The translations under genes and the position numbers were made by a program. Shown here in pieces: positions 1 to 11,150 of a stretch of DNA of 64,000 nt. The notes beneath the pieces were generated by a model. That model was not told the origin of the DNA, searched no databases, and saw only the letters and a program-made list of their open reading frames with translations. The stretch spans positions 28,210,001 through 28,274,000 of the forward strand of contig NC_043020.1 in assembly GCF_006345805.1 (NCBI RefSeq), given 5' to 3'. The DNA comes from Octopus sinensis. Lineage: Eukaryota. Each line of letters begins with the position of its first letter. The stretch's first letter is position 1.

Positions 1-141
1 AACAAACTCAATCGTAGATTCAATATCACGAGTTATGCAGTGAATATCCCGTAGAAGATAATCCCTTTCACTGAGTTGTTGATCATCCATTACGACCTCC
101 ACAATTCTGACGGGGGCCTTGGGTCGGCCGCGTACAGCCAT
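1..141 (-). CDS. 5' coding segment of an unidentified divergent gene (runs off window)
   Basis: ATG at 141..139 (AAAGATGG context). 47 open codons to the window edge: MAVRGRPKAPVRIVEVVMDDQQLSERDYLLRDIHCITRDIESTIEFV. The sequence is non-repetitive and CpG-containing. An out-of-frame uORF starts at 163. Confidence 0.55.
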   Translation of the reverse strand, partial: MAVRGRPKAPVRIVEVVMDDQQLSERDYLLRDIHCITRDIESTIEFV

Positions 142-373
142 CTTTCTTTCGGATCTTGTACATGAATTAAATGTTTCGTTTCATTGGCGATTATTGCCGG
201 TTATTAACGATTATAAAAATTTTCTTTTACTTTTGTTAATTTTGATTTTGTTCCCCATTTTTTTGGTCCATCGATTATAAATAAAATGAGAAAGATCATC
301 AAGATTAATAACAAATAAAAAAAAACATTCAAATATTTTCCCCATTACCGCCTAATTCTGTCGTCTGATATCT

Positions 374-402
374 GCTGCCATGGTTACAGTTTACTATGGC
401 GG
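374..402. promoter_or_regulatory. RFX X-box-like motif in a putative bidirectional promoter
   Basis: 374..387 reverse complement GTAACCATGGCAGC matches GTNRCC(N0-3)RGYAAC with 1 mismatch. A weaker half-site GTTTACTATGG follows at 389. The motif lies between the divergent ATG (141) and the CCDC87 5' region. Confidence 0.5.
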
Positions 403-612
403 TGAAAAATGGAGATTTCGATTGTATTTTATTAATTGAAAATGCTGGTTCCAAATACTGACGAGGACAAAACGTTTTGATAGAAATTTTGAAAGAATCG
501 AAATTCAAAATAAACTCGATGAAATATTTTTAAAAGTACATTTAATATAAATTTAACAACCGCACAAAAAACTTCTGTTCGTAAACAAATTTAGAAGATT
601 ACTTTATAACAG
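400..612 (+). other. CCDC87: Putative non-coding first exon of the CCDC87-like gene, ending at a GC-type donor
   Basis: AACAG|GCAAGT at 612/613 is a consensus donor except for GC. All frames are interrupted by stops. Splicing to the acceptor at 2901 puts an in-frame TAA upstream of ATG 2906. The exon start is approximate. Confidence 0.4.
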
Positions 613-995
613 GCAAGTTGTTTTCTTTCGATACATAATAAAATTTCAGTTACATGACACTCAAAAAGTAAAAATGAAATAAATTATATGAAACATTATT
701 GAATTAAAAACATCCTGTACATATATCGTACGTTCTGTTAACTAATTCATAAGCGCAGGTATGGCTGTGTGGAGTGGATGATGATCCTTAGTTGGACAAT
801 GAGGGAATGGTAAATAAGATGGGAAGCTGGAGGAGAATGGCAGGGAAAAAAGGAAGGAGGAAAGGATTAGTGGTAGAGCCTAAAAAGCAAAAAGAAGGGA
901 TAGATGAGGTGGAGGTGTAAGGGCAAGGGTTATTGCTATTTAGGAAACATGTAAATAACAAATTGATATAATCTGTGAACATACTCTCTTGTTTT

Positions 996-1099
996 ATATA
1001 TATATATATGTGTGTGTATATATGTATGTTTGTATGTATGTGTACATATATATATATATGTATATATGTATGTTTGTATGTATGTGTACATATATATAC

Positions 1100-1155
<56 letters not shown>

Positions 1156-1213
1156 TATATATATATATATATGTATGTATATGTGTATATGTATGTTTGT
1201 ATATATATATATA
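996..1213. repeat. (TA)n/(TATG)n microsatellite
   Basis: Seen directly. Confidence 0.95.
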
Positions 1214-1215
1214 CA

Positions 1216-1605
1216 CTCTTTTACTCTTGTATTTGTGTCAGTCATTTGACTGCGGCCATGCTGGAGCACCGCCTTTAATTGAGCAAATCGACCCCAGAGC
1301 TTATTCTTTGTAAGCCTAGTACTAATAATATAGCTCTCTTTTACTGAACCGCTAAGTTACTGGGACGTAAACACATCAGCATCGGTTGTCAAGCGATGCT
1401 GGAGGGACAAACAGACACACAAATATACACACACACACACATACATATACATATATATACTTATACAACGGGCTTCTTCCAGTTTCCGTCTATCAAATCC
1501 ACTCACAAGGCTTCGGTCGGCCTGAAGCTATAGTAGAAGACACTTGCCCAAGGTGCCACGCAGTGGGACTGAACCCAGTACCATGTGTTTAGTAAGCAAG
1601 CTAAG
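1216..1605 (-). mobile_element. SINE family A (tRNA-like head, central TA/TG microsatellite, GAGTAAAA tail), 5'-truncated
   Basis: Near-identical to the other family A copies in the window. Confidence 0.85.
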
Positions 1606-1878
1606 TCATAGGAAGTTATGTGTAATGAATTTCATTAGCTTACAGCTGTTTCTGCTATAAGTTACCATGCACTTATACTGACAAAGCTCTAAGGTGATAC
1701 ACAGGCTCTCAAATATGTGTAGAAACAGCTGTAAGCTTATGAAGTTCATAAGATAATTTGTGGTTCCCTTATTATTCATATAACCTCTTATTACACTTTT
1801 TGCGGAAGAATATGTATATTGATCTCTGACACCAGGTCATTACTATTGCTTTGCCTAAGTGAAATCTTCGAATATATA

Positions 1879-2282
1879 TACTCTTTTACTTGTTTCAGTC
1901 ATTTGACTGCGGCCATGCTGGAGCACCGCCTTTTGTTGAGCAAATCGACCCCGGGACTTATTCTTTGTAAGCCCAATACTTATTCTATCGGTCTCTTTTG
2001 CCGAACCGCTAAGTAACGGGGACGTAAACACACCAGCATTGGTTGTCAAGCAATGCTAGGGGGACAAACACAGACACACAAACACATACACACACATATA
2101 TATATATATACATATATACGACAGGCTTCTTTCAGTGTCCGTCTACCAAATCCACTTACAAGGCATTGGTCGGCCTGGGGCTATAGCAGAAGACACTTGC
2201 CCAAGATGCCACGCAGTGGGACTGAACCCGGAACCATGTGGTTGGTTAGCAAGCTACTTACCACACAGCCACTCCTGCGCCT
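1879..2282 (-). mobile_element. SINE family A, full length
   Basis: Head GGCGCAGGAGTGGCTGTGTGGTAAG...GGTTCAGTCCC with A/B-box-like motifs; tail GAGTAAAAGAGT. Confidence 0.9.
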
Positions 2283-2474
2283 ATATATATATATATAAGA
2301 AATTTTGATAAACAGAATTTTATATCATTTGTTCCCTTTGTATGTTCTACCACTGTGTTTGTTTGGAATCTCTGCATTGGATTGTCCGAGTGCAATTGGA
2401 CGCTAATCCACAACAGGTCAACAGGAGAATACTTTATGGTATTTTGGTCTCTTAGGGCGGGGTGTTGGCAAAAT

Positions 2475-2690
2475 AGTTAGACACCGGACGAAATGCTTAG
2501 CAGTATTTTGTCTGCCATTACGTTCTGAGTTCAAATTCCGCCGAGGTCGACTTTGCCTTTCATCCTTTCAGGGTCGATAAATTAAGTACCAGTTACGCAC
2601 TGGGGTCGATATAATCGACTTAATCCATCTGTCTGTCCTTGTTTGTCTCCTCTGTGTTTAGCCCCTTGTGGGTAGTAAAGAAATAGGTAT
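2475..2690 (+). mobile_element. SINE family B (core GTCGACTTTGCCTTTCATCCTTTCGGGGTCGATAAATTAAGTACCAG, resembling the Meta/MESC central domain)
   Basis: The core recurs at about 5525-5705(-), 17540-17970, 20080-20490, 32990-33160, 34865-35010(-), 38500-38850, 53740-53865(-) and 55640-55875(-). The domain name is from memory. Confidence 0.75.
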
Positions 2691-2905
2691 TTTGGTTTCC
2701 GTAACATAATGCATTAAAGTGTTACCCTGATGACCTGTTATGATTTGGTATCCAATTGTACTTGGAGTGCCCCATGCAGAGGTTCCAGTGTCTTAGTGGT
2801 ACTGTTCCATTCTTTTATGGTTGATAAAAACTTTGGTGCTTATTCAGTTTTGTTTTCACCACTAACGATTATAATTGTAACTATAATTCTCTAATTACAG
2901 CCATC

Positions 2906-2962
2906 ATGCTGAGTCAAATGCTTAAACCCCTAAAGCTTATTCACTTTTCCTACAATCCTCAG
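2906..2962 (+). CDS. CCDC87: CCDC87-like coding exon 1 ([19 protein letters not shown])
   Basis: Acceptor ttacag|2901, ATG 2906, donor CAG|gtaagc, phase 0. Confidence 0.75.
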
Positions 2963-4152
2963 GTAAGCATTTCAGTTAATCCTTTGAAAAAATAAATCAT
3001 TGCTCTAGTATTTCATATAACAGGTAAAGACATCAGCAATAAAGTCTCTCACTGCCAGACCAGAAGACTGTCAGCAATCCTTTAGGACTCTCTTTTCTCT
3101 TTTACTCTTTTACTTGTTTCAGTCATGTGACTGTTTCCATGCTGGAGCACCGCCTTTAGTCGAGCAAATCGACCCCAGGACTTATTCTTTGTAAGCCTAG
3201 TACTTATTCTATCGGTCTCTTTTTTGCCGAACCGCTAAGTTACGGGGACGTAAACACACCAGCATCGGTTGTCAAGCGATGTTGGGGGTACAAACACAGA
3301 CACACAAACAGGCACATACATATATATATATCCATATATATGACGGGCTTCTTTCAGTTTCCGTCTACCAAATTCACTCACAAGGCTTTGGTCGGCCCGA
3401 GGCTATAGCAGAAGACACTTACCCAAGGTGCCATGCAGTGGGACTGAACCCAGAGACATATGGTTGGTAAGTAAGCTACTTACCACACAGCCACTCCTAC
3501 GCCTATTTTAAAGACTGTTCTGGGTCAGGACAGCAAAGGGACATATTTCACTTGCTTAAGCCCTTTGCTTCCCATGACATATAAGCCATCAACAACTTTT
3601 TTCCACTTATTTTTTTTTCCACTGTGGCCATGCTGGAGCACTGCCTTGAAAAGATTTTAGTTGACGAATCGACCTTCAGACTGACTTTTTTTTTTGTAAA
3701 GCCTGTCACTTATTCTAGCAGTATTTTTGCTGAACCACTAAGTTACAGGAATGTAAATACACCAACACTGGTTGCCAAGCAGTGGATGGACGCAAAGACA
3801 CATAGATGTATTCATATATCCACTCTGATTTGGCATGGTTTTCTACAACTGGTTGCCTTTCCTAATGCTAATGCCAACCACTCCGAGAGTGTAATGGGAG
3901 CTTTTATGTGCCACTGGCATGACACCGGTATCTTCCACAACTACAATTTTTCTCAGCTTGATGGATCTTCTTCTCAAGCACGACATAGGGTCAAAGGTCT
4001 TGGTCATAACCTCTGTGAGGCCCAACGTTCAAAAGGAACTCAGCCATACACACACATACAAACGCACACACACACACACACATACAAATGCACACACACC
4101 ACACACACACATATATATGCATATATACATATATATATATATACATATATAT

Positions 4153-4190
<38 letters not shown>

Positions 4191-7100
4191 AAAATAAGAA
4201 AATGGAGGAATAGATTTCTTTCAATCATCAACTACCAGATAATACCAATTCATATAATTTATTAACTAATTGTTTAGGAACGTCCAGATCAAACAGAATA
4301 ATACAGAATAAAACAGTATACATCAATAAGTAAGATAATACCGTAAGAACAATACATATAAAATGGATCTTACAGCTGTTTCAGCCTAAATCTATTCCTC
4401 CATTTTTTTATTTTGTATTATGAATTTGAGGTAAAACATTTTACCTTCGCCCATATAATACAATAAATGAATTAATTGCATTGCAATTCTTAGCATTTAT
4501 GTATTAGCCTTTCTGGGTACTTTACTGACAGTATATTGGATAAATGATATCCCATAGTGGGTTACACTCATAACCCCTATCTCACTTTGTAATTTATATA
4601 TTTATATATATATATATGATGGCTGTCTGCTCATTGGACAAACGTGACCACTGCTGGCAAGTGCTAAGTGCCAGCAATGCCCATGCAAATGTTCTAGGTC
4701 AAGTGTGGATTGCACCACACCATGATGACTCTCACTAACAATACCAAGAATCCCAGAGACAATTAAAGTGTAAGTTATCAGTCTCGGTGGAGCAGCAAGT
4801 TTTACGTACTATTAAGCCTTAACTTAGAGCAATGCCTTGACAAAGACCAGGGAGAGCTCATTCCCAATGGGATTACTGCCACCTTCGGATACCAACAATT
4901 CCACATTCAGGTACGCGCGCGTGTGTGTGTGTGTGTGTGTGTACAATATTATGTTTCTCTTTTATATCTAGGTATTATCTGAATATGGACCAGAGGAATT
5001 CAACCATCTCATGGAATGTGTCCAAAATGTGTTGGTCGAAGATGCTATAAGAAAAAATTTTGATGTAGAGGAACATAAAAAATTTGTAAGTTTTTCTGGC
5101 ACAACCACAACCACCACTGCCACCACTGCCACCATTGTCAACATCCCTACCATGACCACCACCACTTGTATAATTTACTAGCAGTATCGCCCGGCGTTGC
5201 TCGGGTTTGTTTTGACCCTTTAGAATTGGAATTTTTGAAAAGTAAAAATTCTGCATTATGTAGCTTGTTATTCCCTTTAAGTGAACATTTTTCTGGTTGA
5301 AATACACCGAAAAACGGCGACACAGCAGTAAAAAAATCGTAAAAAAATAAGGATTGTCATAGAAAAAAAGCACCTTTTTGATGTAAATAATTTTTGGTGT
5401 TAACATGGTCCAATTTGAATTTTTTCTTCTACAGAAGGAAGAGCAAGCCTTCTTCTATCATACTCTCAATTTTGGTCGACTTGCGCCGCAGGGTCTATTT
5501 TAATTAATTATCTTTTATATAGACACAAGGCCTGAAATTTGGGTAAGCAGGCTAGTTAATTACATCAACCCCAGACTGGTACTTTATTTTATCGATCCCA
5601 GGAGAATAAAATGTCACAGTGAGATTCGAACTCAGAATGTAAAGAGTTGAAACGAATAACTCAAAGTATTTTCCCCAACACACTAACAATTCTGCCATCT
5701 TGCTGCATTTTTAAAATTGTGCTTTAATTAATGTACTATAATAGGGAATAATGAGCATAATTATTAAAGTGGAACAATGAGCATAATTATTAATGTGAAA
5801 CAATGAGCATAGTGTGTAATTAGTAAACAATATATCTAATGTACAATATAATTAACATTTTGTATTTAGTGCTCTATTTACAATTAGTGAGTTATGTATA
5901 GTATATTGTATAACAAGTGTGAAATAGAATTAATGTTACTAACAGATCATTATCTTCGTCGTCGTTGTCATCATCATCATCATCATCATCGTCATCGTCG
6001 TCTTCGTCATCATTGTTGTCAGTATCACTGTCATTATCATTATCATCATATCATCATCATATCAGCATCATATCATCATCATATCATCATCATATCATCA
6101 TCATATCATCATCATATCATCATCATTATCATCATCATCATCATATCATCATCATTATCATCATCATATATATATATATAATCAAAATAAGAGACAGGAT
6201 ATCAAGTAGTGATGCAGTACGACCGTTTCAAGCGGCTCCATTTAATTGAACAATGCAATCATTACATCATCCTCTATGGACTACAAATTGCACTTAAATC
6301 AGGAGCAATTGTGGATGTCGTTCCCTGATTACTAACGGTCCGCAAGGCCCAGATGGCACAAAGGATATAAATTGGAATTCTCTACGTTTCTGAGTTCTTA
6401 TCATTTTCGTTTCAGGAATTATGCCAAATGTTTTCTCTGAATCAACAAATATCAAGAGACTGAGTAGGTTCTTCTAACAATATAAACTTCTGACCCCTCA
6501 ACAGGTTTGCCATGCACCCAAACCGCTTGGCTTCCTATACTCTATTCTTCTCATTAATCTTTTCTTTTTTATTTGTAAAAAAAGAAAAAAAAAAGAAGAA
6601 GAAGAAGAAAAGCTAATTCCAAATATTCAAGTTTTAATTCTTTAATATTTCAGATTTATATTATTTTGAATGAACTCAAGTTGGCCGAAATGAATTTTAA
6701 AGACAAAATAAATGACCATTGTCTGGTAAGTTTTATATTGGCTAAATACCATATTTGGGGAATATCAAACACACCCCAGCTTCAGCAGCACATATTCAAG
6801 GTCGTGAGTTCAATTCCTGGTGGCTCATTGTGTCCTTGAGCGAGACACTTTATTTCACATTGTCCCAGTCCACTCAGCTGGCAAAAATGAGTAGTACCTG
6901 TAATTCAAACAGGGCCGGCCTTGTCACATTCTGTGTCATGCTGAATCTTTTTGAGGACTACGTTAAGGTTACTTGTAACTGTGGAGCGCTCAGCCACTTG
7001 CCTGTTAATTTCACGAGCAGGCTGTTCCTTGATCAGATCACCTGGAACACCTGTGCCAGCATCACATAAAATGCACTGGTGATGGTAACACATAAAAAGC

Positions 7101-8101
7101 ACCCATGCTGGTGCCACATAAAAAGTACCCAGCACACTCTATAAAGTGGTTGGGATTAGGGTGAACCAGAGAAGCCAATAGTAGCCAAACCAAATCAAAC
7201 TGAAACCTGGTGTAGCTCTCCAGTTTGGCAGCTTTGGTCAAACCATCCAACCCATGCCAGCATGGAAAACAGACGTTAAGTGATGATGATGATCTCCTTA
7301 TGCAAAACAGTTAACAGGAGTGGATGTGTGGTAAGTAGCTTGTTCACCAACCACACGGTTCCGGGTTCAGTCCCACTGCGCGACACCTTGGGCAAGTGTC
7401 TTCTACTATAGCCTCGGGCTGACCAAAGCCTTGTGAGTGGATTTGGTAGACGGAAACTGAAAGAAGCCCGTCGTATATATGTATATATATATGTATGTGT
7501 GTGTCTGTGTTTGTCCCCCTAGCATTGCTTGACAACTGATACTGGTGTGTTTATGTCCCCATAACTTAGCGGTTCGGCAAAAGAGACTGATAGAATAAGT
7601 ACTGGGCTTACAGAGAATAAGTCCCAGGGTCGATTTGCTCGACTAAAGGTGATGCTCCAGCATGGCCACAGTCAAATGACTGAAACAAGTAAAGGAGTAA
7701 AAGAGTAACTGAAAACTTTTGCTTAAACATTATATATTCACATTCCTTCATATAGTTTCATAAAACTTCTAAAATCTTTGTTTCCTTCTCAGACTCCAGA
7801 TCAGAACAGACAACTGCGATTGAAGATCTACATGTGTATAGGAAATGTGTGTTTGGATCTCTTCAGACTTTACTGCAGAAAGGCCAAAGGTAAGTGAATG
7901 AATTACTCACTGTTTCTCCTTTCACTTACTCTCATTTGTGTCTTTGTGTATGTATATGCACACGTAGGCAGCTAATTTACCCACCCTTCAAAGCTGTGTA
8001 GGTTAAGAAATTCACTTTGTAACTATGTGGTTTTAGGTTTAATCCTGCTACTAAAACTCCAGAGTAACCAAAGCCTTGGGAATGAATTTGGTGGCTAGAG
8101 C

Positions 8102-8143
<42 letters not shown>

Positions 8144-11087
8144 GTCGTCTAAGAATCCATAAGTCAGGAAACAAATGCACTCATATATATGCCAGTAGAG
8201 TGGGTACATCATCAAAAGTGTACAGTATTATGCATCCATTATGGCTGAGCTCACCAATCAGTTTCATGCAGGAGTGGCTGTGTGGTAAGTAGCTTGCTTA
8301 CCAACCACATGGTTCTGGGTTCAGTCCCACTGTGTTACATCTTGGGCAAGTGTCTTCTACTATTGCCTCGGACCGACCAAAGCCTTGTGAGTAGATTTGG
8401 TAGACGGAAACTGAAAGAAGCCAGTTGCATATATATATATATATATATATATTTATCGTTTGTAAAAAACATAAATCCAAAAGAAGCACTCTCAAAGATG
8501 TAGAGCAGTAAACCCTTTATTGACGGGAAACCTAAGGAAATACCATAAACCAGCCTTCCCCACTTTTAATATATATATATAATCAAAATAAGAGACAGGA
8601 TATCAAATAGTGATGCAGTATGACCGTTTTAATTGAACAATACAACCATTACATCAATTTAAATGCAGTGCCATCTTCAGTTGCACAAATAAATAAATAG
8701 AATTTTAACCAGTTGGACACATTAATATAATTGTCCACATTTTGTGTTAACCATCATTTTAGCAAGAAGTAACCTGTGGGTGGGTTACAATCAGGATCCA
8801 ATAGATGCAGTTCATTTCATGTCCTTAATTCATGCATGAATGTCAAAACTCTCCATTTTGTCATTTCCTTGAAAAGATATGTGAAGGCACTTGGCTTACT
8901 GGTTTGGGTTTTCCTCTCACAATTGCAAGATTATGGTTTCAATTCCTGAACCAGGTGGAGCATTGTGTTCTTGAGTAAAACACTTCATTTCCCATTGCTG
9001 TGGTCACTCAGAAGTAAATGGATAATCACAGACTGACATCCAGTTTAGTGGGGTGGATATTGTGATTTTGGTCAATTATATGCCAAGTGACCAACCCTAT
9101 GACTTCTAGAATTCAAAGTAGTAATGTCCAGCTAAAATTTTTAAAAAATCTATATTTCCTCACACCTGAGGCTTCATTTACCTTGCTCTTAATCGTCCAG
9201 ATATATCATTAATGATCAGTGGTATTCACTTTAATTAACAGAACTTGACAGTCGTGGAGTGTATACGACCATACCCAACAATAGCCGAGCGAGGACTGAA
9301 CTGGCCACGGAAACTGCAAAGTTGTAAGTGAAATATTGCTACCATCATTACAGTAAACTCCCTTTTTGTATTTTTAATCCCTCTACTCCAAGCATAAAGT
9401 TTCCCCCCGACCTGGGGCTTGTAGTCCTGCAAACTATGACAGCCTCACTAGTGCTAGTGGCATGCAAAAATCACCCTGTACACTCTGAAAGTGGTTGGCA
9501 TTAGAAAGGGCATCAAGCCATAGAAACCATGTCTAAAGGGCCAGCACATGAGCCAATCGAATCATGTCAAGCCATTCACCTCTTGTCAGAATAGAACATG
9601 GAGATGAAATGATGATGATGATGATGATGACGACGATGATGAGGATGATGATGTTGATGATGATGATGATGATGATGTTGATGATGTTGATGATGATGAT
9701 GACAATGACGACGATGATGTTGATGATGATGATGATGAGGACGATAATGATGATGATGATGATGATGATGACGATGAGGACGATGACGTTGATGCTGATG
9801 AAAAACTCCCTCTTGTCCAGTGCTCAAATAACTGAAACTCTCAACAACCAGAAACCAAACAAGAAAAAAAGAAAGAAATATAAATTTGTTGTTAATTAGA
9901 GTCAAGAGAATTTGTACTAATATGTGTTTATTTAATTAATTGTCATTAAGAAAAAGAAAGTGTCTACTGAATCCCAAATGGATTATCGTTCCTCAAAATT
10001 CAATTCAGTATTTTATTTTACGGCATTTCCAGTGGTTACGTTGGTCATTCCACATTACTCTGTAAGGAACCCAGGAAGGTTTGCCAGTCTCTCTGATGTA
10101 TATATTCCTCCCCATCGCTCTGATGTATATATTTTTGTTGGTAATTAAGGGCTTTTCCCTCAGACTGAAAGGCAGATTGTATGATGTCCATGTATGTACA
10201 GCTATGCTACATGGAAGTGAAACATGAGCTTTGACTGCAGAGGACTTGCAGAAGCTTGAAAGAAATGAAGTTAGCATGCTCCGCTGGACGGGTGATGCCA
10301 ATGTGCATGTATGACAGAGTGTAAGTGATTTAAGAGGAAAACTGGATATGAGAGGCATCTGATGTTTTATGCAAAGGAGAAGATGTATATATTGGGCTTC
10401 ATTCAGTTTCCACCTACGAAATTCATTCACAATTCTTTGGTTGGCCCAAGGCTATAGTAGGAGAAACATGCCCAAGATGCCACACAGTGGGACTGAACCT
10501 GGAACCATGAGGTTGGGAAGCGAGCTTCTTACTACACAGCCATGCATGCAATTTTTTTTTAAAGATTTATTTTTATTCTCTCTGAATTTAAAATTAACAG
10601 CTAATTAATTATTCTGTAATTTCTTACAGGCTTGATGTATTTGCCATTCGTCACGCGATTAAGAAAATTGAGACGCTTCGGTGGAGACTGAGTGATGCAG
10701 ACCTGCCTATGAGACACCAGTACAGAGAAAAGAAGCTAAGGGTAACAGACGCAAAAACTGGAGAAATACGGAATTCTTGTGGTGCCTCACACACACACAC
10801 ACACACACACACATGCATACAAAAACTTGCACACATTCATACAAATTCTCATATGTGCACTTACATACTCACATGCGGAAACACTCTCACACACTCATAT
10901 GAACACTGACACATACATTCACACACACATACTCATACACATACACACACAGACATGGTCTCACACATGCATATACACACTCACACTTACATGCAAACAA
11001 ACATACACTCACATACACACACATACACATGCACACAAGGAAATATGCATTCGTATATACATACTTATACATGTGCACACACTCACT

Positions 11088-11150
<63 letters not shown>

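Noticed and set aside
399-612. Region read as a frameshifted first coding exon (…DRNFERIEIQNKLDEIF…TTAQKTSVRKQ…LEDYFIT)
   Set aside because: It needs three indels. The CCDC87 motifs it seemed to match are accounted for by exons 3-4, and the N-terminal LKPLKL motif sits right after ATG 2906, so 5' UTR is simpler.
6181-6260. Hammerhead remnant on - (GAAAC-GGTC-GTA), also at about 8581-8640
   Set aside because: No recognisable CUGANGA core or stem II; at most a decayed Penelope-like terminus.
6417-6504. Exon look-alike ([16 protein letters not shown]) resembling the CCDC87 'GVF...RL' motif, which suggested scrambled exon order
   Set aside because: Wrong phase for its position and an in-frame TAA. 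The true motif exon is 9242..9323, and exon 2 joins exon 3 directly in frame.
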